Assembly: GCA_033442325.1 (NCBI GenBank)
Contig: JAWQFM010000013.1
Coordinates: 110,202 to 168,421, forward strand
DNA from: Salpingoeca rosetta
Taxonomy: Eukaryota; Protista; Choanoflagellata
DNA: 58,220 nt
Reading direction: 5' to 3'
The translations under genes and the position numbers were made by a program. The notes below the pieces were generated by a model. It saw only the letters and a program-made list of their open reading frames with translations, searched no databases and was not told the origin of the DNA. Every line of letters starts with the position of its first letter. Within the stretch, counting starts at the first letter, position 1. Of the stretch, positions 46,521-58,220 are shown piece after piece.

Positions 46521-48732
46521 TTGCGTGAGAGGGGAGAAGAAGTGAGAGGTGAGAGGTGAGAGGTGAGAGGTGAGAGGTGAGGGGTGAGATATGACAAGCG
46601 GTAGCATGGAGGAAGGCCCTTGGAAAAGGTGGATGGTGAGCTGTGCACAAGTCCTTTGCACATGCTGACATTCTCAAGAGAAGATGGTCGCATCGTACAC
46701 TGAACATGCAGAGTATGTCCCGACAGAGCAGCAGACATCACAAGAGCGTAAAGCGTTGTCTTGAGCAAGCGCACGCCCAGCACCTCATTAGCTGGCGTGG
46801 TGATGGTGACGCGAAGGGACCTCTCCAGCCGAATCACGGGCCCTGTCCGCAGCACGTTGACGGGCGCGGTGCTGATGCTGGCCGCGGCTGTTGTGTCCAT
46901 CTGCCCGAGCAGTGGCAGTGGCGGCAGTGGACCAGTGGTCGCACCAGTCGACACCAGCGCAGCGGACACGCGCGTGCGCACCGCCCCGGCAATGGCGTCG
47001 AAGATTGTGGCGTCAAAGTGGTTCTCGACGGCGATGTCTGCGGTGGCGCTGCCGAGGGCGCTGGTGGCGACCTGGCGAAGGTCCGCAGTGAATGCACCGC
47101 TGTTCGGGGACAGCACGAGCGCACACGCACCCAGCGCAGCCTGGACCGCGCCAGCATTGGTGGTGGTGGTGGCCGTGTGATAATGGTGGTGATGGTGTGA
47201 GTGGGCAATCGTGGAGACGGCTGGCAAGTGCATTGGCAAGAACGATGACAAACATGGAATGAAGCAGGTTCGTGGTGCACACATGATATCCACGCGAAAG
47301 ACCAGACCGCAGCAGCGTTGTGGCCGGCGTCCATCAGCTGCTGCGATACCGCAAACACATCCGCAAACACAAAGTCTGGCATCCACAGCAGCACGTTGCT
47401 GAACGAGAGGAGGGGGAAGCAGAGGATGAAGAAAGCAAGGCGATGAATGAAGGAACACGATGAGTCGAGGGACGGTGTTACAAGCGTCAAAGCAACATGT
47501 AGCTCAGATGACACACGAACAGGCCCACTTGTACGACAGACACATGACACAAGACACACAACACACACACGCACACTCGCGCACGCAAACACACATGCAC
47601 ACACATGCACACACACAGAGTGTTGCGCAACCCACCCCTTCTTCAGGAAGCCTGCGTTGAAGATGTTGAGGACGGTGGCTGCAGCGTCGTCGACACCGGC
47701 TGCAAAGAGCATGCCAATATGGTAGTCGCTTCGCCACGTTTCAGCACAGGGATTTGCGCCCACGGCGTTTCGGCGAAACTCCACGTTGACGCCCTGTGAA
47801 TGCGATGGAAGGGAGGGGTCGATGATGCGTGAGATGGCGATGATGGCGGGACCGTGTCGCTCTTTGGAGATGGGATGCTCGTGGCCGAGAAGCTACAGGA
47901 AACCAGGTGTGAGACAAACACGCACGCACACGTGTATACACACACACGCACACGCACACGCACACGCACACGCACACGCACCTCAGCACGAAGTGTCTTG
48001 ACCAAGTCAAGCTGCTGTTGTGTGAGATCATGGACGCTGCACTGCTGAGAGATGGCCACAACAGCGCGCCAGTGCCACGTGTTGAGGAGCCTGGCAACGT
48101 GCGATTGGAAGACATCGTTGTCTTCATGCAACAACACTTGACAGTCTGCGCATGCACATTGCACCGAAGCAAAAAGAGGAAGACGAGCATGTCGTGTCAT
48201 GGTTGAAGTGGGCAAATCAAACGTTGAGCCAACGACAACCACACAACGAGCACGTAGCGAGCACGCACACACAACAATCACACGCACACATGCACAACAA
48301 GCACATAACCAGCACACCCAACAAGCCCACATCCAGCACACATCAACCACATCAAGCCCACATCAAGCCCACAACCAGCACACAACAGCACACGAGGCTA
48401 GACTTACCAACGTCGGTGCTGTTCACATCTGAGATGTAGGTGACGATACAAACGTCCCCGTCCTGCCCAGACACGAGCCCGCTTGAGGTTGCGTCAACGG
48501 CATCCACGGTGACACCGGACAAAGGCGGGCCATCACCATCAAACTCGCCAATCGCATATTGCGCGGCGGCAAGGAAGATGGGCAGCCGTTGCACCAGCTG
48601 CGGTTCCTTCACACCAACCACAAGGGAGATGTCGCCTTCAACGCCCTGCGGACAATATAGCAGCAAGCTCCCAAGTACAGCCACAAGCGCCCACGCAACC
48701 AGCGCCAGCCCGCGACCACCCAGCACCATCAT
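39732..48732 (-). CDS. Receptor tyrosine kinase (~2200 aa): signal peptide, Venus-flytrap/ANF-receptor-like ectodomain, TM, HMD-motif tyrosine kinase, long Q/P-rich tail
   Basis: Exons 48732-48408, 48145-47982, 47793-47636, 47398-~47283 (3' junction unresolved), ~47140-46670, 46426-46287, 46147-45596, 45293-43501, 43266-43076, 42812-42754, 42486-39732. Signal MMVLGGRGLALVAWALVAVLGSLLL; VPMIT...ISDKKAYPTTFRIG...QASIMARVAQQLDLKCVTVLH; TM VYVSALVIAVIILVATGVFV + HRRTTKKKR; LGEGFFSQV, VAVK, HMDLAARN, DFGL, IPVRWTAPE, SDVWSFGV, CWQDDPGDRPTF. Confidence 0.88.
42076..42231 (-). repeat. Coding (CAGCAA)n repeat: ~50-residue polyQ in the RTK tail
   Basis: (ctgttg)n on + strand; QQQQ tract in ORF 39732..42527. 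Confidence 0.95.
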
Positions 48733-48856
48733 CACGGCGGCGTGTCGTTTGATGATGGGTGGTTTGCTGTGTTTGATGACGCTGCTGACGATGTCAATTG
48801 CATTCGTTCCATTCAAGGCAAGAAGAGTTGTGAACAACTTCAGTTAATTTTCTACA
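48733..48856. promoter_or_regulatory. Putative compact bidirectional promoter between RTK (-) and GH2 (+)
   Basis: Only 124 bp between two divergent ATGs, each followed by a signal peptide; AT-richer and microsatellite-free. Confidence 0.55.
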
Positions 48857-50250
48857 ATGACGGCGGGGCGGTGGGTGCGCGGAACGCGATTGCTGGTGGG
48901 AGCAGTGCTGGTGGTGGCACTGCTGGGTGGTGGTGCCAACTGTGTGAATAATGGTGGTGGTGGTGGAGGTGGCGATACAAGCCATGGAGGTGGGGTAGCA
49001 ACACCAGGCACGCCGCGAGATGTTGTCAACTTCAACTATGGCTGGCGCTTCCACTTTGGTGAGAATGTGTGTTGCGAAGTACACCCGTTTGTTTGTTGGT
49101 TTTGCTATGTTCATTTCACCGCTGGCCAGCCTCCTCGCTTCGTTTGCTTTTCGATGTCCTCACTTCTGCACTTCACCATCGCCGTGTCGCCTGAACTCCC
49201 CCCCCCCCCTCTCGGACGCAACCTCACATGACTGCAGGCCATGCACCCGATGGGCAAATGGGGCCTCCAGGGTGCATGTTCCGCAACATCTCTGGTCCAC
49301 TCACATGCTCGGGCTTCAACAACAACCCCAACCGCTTCTCCGCCCGCGACTGCGAGCTCGCTTGCTGCTACAGTACGTCGCACTTGTTTGTTTTTCTTGT
49401 AAGACGGCCACACTGATAAGGGTAGAACCACACACACGCGCGCGCGATGGCTTGCGTCATACCAACGGGATCACGCCCGCTCTTGTCGGATCGCTAGTTT
49501 TCCCTGCTCTGCTGCCACTGAGGGCAGACGGTTTGTGCGACGTTGACCCATGACCATGTTTGCGGCTCGGTTCCTGCGCATCCAGATCCAGAGTGCCGCT
49601 TGTGGTTCCAGCACAATAAGTACTGCTTCCATGGAGGTGAAGGCGCGTCATGCAAGCCCGCCGGTGAAAATGCCACCGTGTACAGCGCCGGTGAGCGAGA
49701 CACCTCGCCGCCCTTGGTCAAACCGTACAACTTCACGTCCAAGTCGTTCGATGACAGTTCTTGGCCCATCGTGGACGCTCCGCACGACTTTGTCATCTCC
49801 AACTCGCACTTTTCGCCACAAGCAAATTCCTTTCACGGACGTGCGTGTGTGTGTGTGTGTGTGTGTGTGTTGTTTTTGTGTGTGCCTGTGAGATTGTGTG
49901 TGTGTGTGTGTGCGTGTGTGTATTTTGTGTGTGTGTGTGTGTGTGTGCGTGTGTGCCTGTGTGCCTGTGAGGTTGTGTGCGTGTGTGTATTTTGTGTGTG
50001 TGCGTGCGTGCGTGTGTGTCTGTCTGTGCCTGTGTCCGTGTGTCTGTGTGTGCGTAATTTTGGCTGCTCAATCCGCCTGCCTTTCAATGGCAATCATTCA
50101 CGCTCTTGACTGGCTTTCCTCCCACCGCGATGATGTGCACTGCAGACCTCGTTCGGAACGTGAGCTGGTATCGCAAACACTTTCACGTCCCTCAGGAGTG
50201 GCAGGGCTCCACGATCTACCTCTACTTTGAAGGCGTGTTCCATTACACCC

Positions 50251-50324
<74 letters not shown>

Positions 50325-50706
50325 CTGGACTTTGTTCGTGTTGGTGTCTTGGGTCACTAATATTGTACCAACAATCACACTGCACCATGAACCCAATCAC
50401 ACACACCTACATTCATTCATACATACACACACACCCTGCGTGCAGGTGTGGCTGAACGGGATGTATGTGCAATCCCATGCGTGCGGGTACACGGGATTCA
50501 CTGTGCGCTTGGACAACTCATCCACTCTCCACTACGGCTCTTCAAACAAGAACGTCATTGCGCTTCGGGTGGACGCTTCCTTCGGCAGCGGTGCGCGCCC
50601 AAGCAGTGCGAGGGTGATGACGAGGAACAATCATGACAGCACTGACACGAGCGGTTGCACGTGCGCGGATCGTGGTCCCGTTCCCTCTCCTTTTGCTTTG
50701 TCTATT

Positions 50707-50782
<76 letters not shown>

Positions 50783-51286
50783 NNNNNNNNNNNNNNNNNN
50801 NNNNNNNNNNNNNNNNNNNNNNNNNNNNNNNNNNNNNNNNNNNNNNNNNNNNNNNNNNNNNNNNNNNNNNNNNNNNNNNNNNNNNNNNNNNNNNNNNNNN
50901 NNNNNNNNNNNNNNNNNNNNNNNNNNNNNNNNNNNNNNNNNNNNNNNNNNNNNNNNNNNNNNNNNNNNNNNNNNNNNNNNNNNNNNNNNNNNNNNNNNNN
51001 NNNNNNNNNNNNNNNNNNNNNNNNNNNNNNNNNNNNNNNNNNNNNNNNNNNNNNNNNNNNNNNNNNNNNNNNNNNNNNNNNNNNNNNNNNNNNNNNNNNN
51101 NNNNNNNNNNNNNNNNNNNNNNNNNNNNNNNNNNNNNNNNNNNNNNNNNNNNNNNNNNNNNNNNNNNNNNNNNNNNNNNNNNNNNNNNNNNNTTTTGGGG
51201 GGGGGGGGGGGGGAGGATGGACTGACATGGTGTTGTTGTTGAAGTAAGTGTGTTGTGTAAGTGTGTTGTGTTGTTGTGTAAGTGTG

Positions 51287-51338
<52 letters not shown>

Positions 51339-51354
51339 AAGTTGTTGTTGTTAG

Positions 51355-51394
<40 letters not shown>

Positions 51395-51396
51395 AG

Positions 51397-51466
<70 letters not shown>

Positions 51467-54317
51467 GTGCGGGTCCCCGGGGCGGGTGCGTTGCTTGAGC
51501 CGTGAGCTGCAACATGACAATTCATGCCCCTTTCTCCGCATGCGCCACACCTCACGCGCGTCTGTTTCTTTGTGTTTGTTGCGCACGAATGCCCGCCGCT
51601 GCAGGCCCGAATACGTGTCTGACATGCATGACATGGTGAAGCGCGATCGCAACCATCCATCCATCGTCATCTGGAGCTTCTGCAACGAGTGGGTGCTTGT
51701 GTATGCGTGCGTGTCTGTGTGTGTCTGTGTCTGCGTATGCATGTGGTTGTGCGTTCATGTCTGTGTGTTCTGGATTCTGTGCCTGTAATAGCATTAGGTG
51801 TTGTGTTGCCGTCCGCCTATGTCGGTGGGTATGATGCGCTCGCCTCATCTGTGCCACCCCCCTCCCTCATGTTGCTTCCGCTGTGACCCTGTTCACATGC
51901 GTTTGGGCTTGTGTTGATGTGCTTGTCCGCAGATATGAGTGCCAGCAGCAGACGAACATCACCAGCGTGCTCTTCCGCGCCGCTGCAAAGGTGAGTGCTT
52001 CAACACTCCTCAACACAGCAAAGTGTGGCTCCTCTCGTGACGTGTGGTGTTGCACCAAGTCACCCAACCTTACTGACCAACACCACACATACATGCACAC
52101 ACGCACACGCACGCACACGCATACACACGCACACACACGCACGCACGCGCACACACACAATCACACACCTCCCAAACCGCCCCTCCACTCCTCCTTCCTC
52201 CACTGCTGCAGGCGCTGGATCCGACACGAGCGGTGGGAGCGAACGGCCCGACGGGATCGCTCGATGTGCAGGGATTCAGCCACCGCAAGGCGTCCGTGTT
52301 TGAACACTTCCACAAGAACAACCCCAACACGCCCTCCGGTAATGCATGTCAATGGATTGAGCCAGGGAGCGGTGTTGATGACAATAGATAGCGGTGTCAC
52401 GCTGATATGCTCGTGGATCGTGTTCGTGTTTTTGAAGGTGATGGCATCATTCTCGCCCCCCCCCCTTCTCTTATTGGTTCCTCATCCACCGCCACTGCAT
52501 CCGCGCCTGTCGATTTGTAGTGTTGTCAGAGTGCTGCTCGTGCACGTCCCAGCGCGTCGGCAGTGCCCGCCACATCCCGGAATGCATCTGCGACCAGAAC
52601 AGCCCAGGCCTCCTCCCGTTTGTCGCAGGCTCCCTCGGCGTGTGGTATGGTTGATATGCACACTTATGTGTGTGTCTGTCTGTGTGTCTGTATGTCTGTG
52701 TCTGTCTCTGTCCGTCTCAGGCCGTCTCTGTGCCTGTCTCTGTGTCTGTCTGTCTGTGTCTGTCTGTTTGTCTGTCTGTGTGATTGTGTCTGTCTCTGTC
52801 TCTGTCTCTGTCTGTCTACGTCTGCCTGTCTCTGTTTACGTCAACCCATGTCTCTGTGTGTGCGAGCGCGCATGCGGTTCGGAATGACTCCGCCTCTTCT
52901 GTATCTTCCTTCCAATTGCTTCTCAATGGGAGCATGCCTAACCAACGTTCCCTCTCCATCCCGCCCCCTCTCCTCCCCCCCCCCCTCTCTCTCTACCTCG
53001 CTCTTCTTTCCAACCGCCAGGACGCTGCTCGACTACTATGGCGAGCCGCCTTCGTCCTGGCCGGCCGTCTCCTCCGCGTTTGGCCAGTTTGACCTTGCCG
53101 GGTTTCCAAAGCCGCATGCGTGGTGGTACCGCATCAACTGGCTGGCGCTCGTAGACAGCAGCGACCCGGCCCGTCCAGCCCTACCCCCACTCGCCGTTTC
53201 CCGCGTCATCACACTACTCGACTCCCTCGTCCCGTCGTCGGCGTCGTCGGCGTCGTCGAAACAAGCAGAAGCACAACAGCAACAAGACCGAGAAGACCAA
53301 GACCAGGCGCCACGGCTGCTGCCGGCTGCGGGCACCAGCGGCCATCGGGTGAACGTGAGCACCATCTCCAGCTCCAACACGACGGAGCTGCTGGTGGACG
53401 GCGTGAGCGTCGCCGGCAACCGCTCTGCAGATCGCGGTGTGGAGGTCATCTGGTCTGTCCCCGTCCCCGCCAACGTGACCTGCCCCTGCAATCTGCCCAT
53501 CACTGCAGATGTCCAGTGCCGCGGGCTCTCGAAGATGAACAACGCGTCGACGCCGCAGGAGTGCAGGCGGGCATGTTGCGATCGCCCCACGTGCACCGTG
53601 TGGCAGTTTGCTGATGGGCCCGGGTGCTGGCTGGGTCAGTACAACCCCGCCACTTGCTTCCCCGGCCACGCAGCAAACTGGACTGGCCAAGCGAGCGCAG
53701 GACCACGGTGCTCGCTCTTCACCAACGTGACGGTGATTGGCCGCGCTGCAGACGGCACTGAGGAGTCGCGTCACACGGCGCACGGGCCCGCCGGCCCCGC
53801 AGCCCTGCAGCTGATGGTTGACGCGCCGTCGCCAGCCACCGGGACCGGGACAGCGCTGGCGCTGGACGGGCGCGATGCGGCGCTGGTGCGCGTTACGGTG
53901 GTGGATGCGAATGGCAACCTGGTCAGCACACCGGCCGTCAACGTCACCTTCCACGTCACGCAGGGGCCGGGCCGCATTGCCGGCACGGGCAACGGCGACC
54001 CGAGATGTCTCATGCCGCCCCACGCGCCTGTCATGACCACGTTTGGTGGCGTGGCGCGGGCGGTGGTGCACGTGACGCAGGACTGCCTCAGCGCTGCCCG
54101 TGAGACCATTCGCTTTGTGGACGTGGATGGCGGGCATCGCACGCAGCTGCCAGCAAACTGCACGCAGCAAGACATTGTGGTGACGGCAACGGCAGCCAAT
54201 CTCACGTCTGCGCAGGTGAGCATCGCAGCGGCCCCGGACGCGACGCTGCTGCCCCTCACGGTCGCACAGAAATCCTTTGACATGGACTACCAGTACATGG
54301 ACCAATTCAATGGCTGA
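48857..54317 (+). CDS. Secreted glycoside hydrolase family 2 (beta-galactosidase-like) with two PAN/apple-like inserts; middle missing in assembly gap
   Basis: Exons 48857-49058, 49238-49372, 49586-49840, 50146-50252, 50446-50590, [gap], 51605-51688, 51933-51990, 52212-52338, 52521-52644, 53021-54317. Signal peptide; [41 protein letters not shown]; acid/base motif [16 protein letters not shown]; nucleophile-position LSECCS; [21 protein letters not shown]; C-terminal Ig domain [10 protein letters not shown]...GTGNGDP. Confidence 0.9.
50783..51192. other. Assembly gap (410 N)
   Basis: Run of N flanked by (CA)n on the left and poly-G/(TTG)n on the right. Confidence 0.99.
51286..51465. repeat. 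(TTG)n trinucleotide repeat next to the gap, in GH2 intron
   Basis: Long TTG run with few interruptions. Confidence 0.95.
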
Positions 54318-54329
54318 GCCGACACACAC

Positions 54330-54368
<39 letters not shown>

Positions 54369-54763
54369 TACATACATACATACAAAACGCGCGTTCAACT
54401 TGTTACTACGCCTCGTTACTGCCGTTACAAGAATGAGGGGGTTAATCGTTCATTTTGGTGCATTGGACATAACAAAACACACAGCGTTTGTTCATGGACA
54501 GGTAGTGCTGCGTGCCATTTAACCGGACGCGTGCACAAAAGCTGCCGCTTCAGCCACAAATACAAAAGACTTAACACAACACCACAAGCATGACGCTGGT
54601 GATGCCGAGTGCAACACACGACACACCGCTCCGAGGCACTTCAACAAAGGAAAGGCATGTGCAACAAGATGGCAGGACTGAGGTGGTAACATGGCAGCAG
54701 CACATGAATGCAGAGTCTGAAAAAAAAAGGGGGGGTTGGGGGAACAGAACGCGTGCGTGCGCT

Positions 54764-57308
<2,545 letters not shown>

Positions 57309-57597
57309 GATTTGATCACAACCTCCCACCAAAACACTTGCTCTCTGCGAGTCCTGTGTCCGTATTTTATATAGCACATTGCGCTAGAAAAGGGCTACTG
57401 ACAAACCCGGCACAGGTCTTGCACGAGCTGCCTCAGCAATTCTGATACACCCCCAAGATTGATGTGAGGTCTCGTCCGACATTGCAGAGATGTTGTCGTG
57501 GCTGAGAGCTGTTGTTTAACATTCACGTTGGTGGTGCTGCTGTTGGAAGCTTGTGTGTGTGGTGTGTATTGTGTGGGAGATTGCCTTGGCAAGAGGG

Positions 57598-57640
<43 letters not shown>

Positions 57641-57858
57641 CGCGTTTGTGTGTGTGTGTGTGTGTCAAAATGTTGAGCAAACAAACAAGAAGTATCAATG
57701 ACGAACACTCCAACAGAACGACTGGACGAAGCAGAGCACAAGAAAAGAATTGTCAACAACGAAAAGTACAGTGACGTGGTTAGGTGGTGTGTTCTACAAG
57801 AGCATGTCAGATTGAGCAGCCACACAAGCTAAACACTGCACGTGCAACAAGTTGGAGG

Positions 57859-58111
57859 GCAATGACGAGAACATTGCAAAACACAAGAGAGGTGAATGTA
57901 AATTGTGGCGTCGTGAAAGAAGGGAGGTCCATTTATATGACTCAGTAGGCAGTGTGTACCTGTCAATAATCACGTATGGAAATGATGTTGTTAATGATGT
58001 TCAGCAAACACTGCTGGTATCTCATGCAAATGCCGAGAATGTTTCAGAACACGCGTGAGGTCAATGTAAATTGTGGTGCCGTCATGAAGAATGGAAGTCC
58101 ACTTTTGTGAC
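57859..58111. repeat. Diverged ~85-bp direct repeat pair (57859-57941 and 58026-58111)
   Basis: gagg(t)gaatgtaaattgtggcgtcgtgaaagaagggaggtccatttatatgac vs gaggtcaatgtaaattgtggtgccgtcatgaagaatggaagtccacttttgtgac, with similarity extending ~30 bp 5'. Confidence 0.8.
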
Positions 58112-58220
58112 ACACACTCACACACACACACACACACTCTCTCTCTCTGTCTCTGTCTCTCTCTCTCTCTGTCTCTGTCTCTCTCTCTGTCTCTGTCTGT
58201 CTGTCTCTCTCTGTCTGTCT

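Overview
Eukaryotic, intron-dense DNA saturated with (CA/TG)n microsatellites; almost certainly the choanoflagellate Salpingoeca rosetta, because the spliced 1494-aa gene at 10935-21988 matches my recollection of the characterised srTRPM2 channel-enzyme. Manual splicing gives, in order: (1) a 5'-truncated second TRPM2-type channel with an intact Nudix ADP-ribose hydrolase domain; (2) an intronless F-box-like/LRR gene; (3) full-length srTRPM2; (4) an ODF3/SHIPPO-repeat flagellar protein; (5) AP-3 delta adaptin; (6) a small hypothetical gene; (7) a ~2200-aa receptor tyrosine kinase with Venus-flytrap/ANF-receptor-like ectodomain, HMD (non-RD) catalytic loop and huge Q/P/Y-rich tail, head-to-head (124 bp) with (8) a secreted GH2 glycosidase carrying two PAN/apple-like modules and broken by an assembly gap; (9) a secreted Cys-rich protein ending in a bacterial-style P-domain. 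Most ORFs in the supplied track are microsatellite or shadow-frame artefacts. Best leads: the tandem TRPM2 chanzyme pair with patchwork nucleotide homogenisation, and the VFT-RTK/GH2 divergent pair. All exon coordinates and alignments were done by eye; no database search was run.
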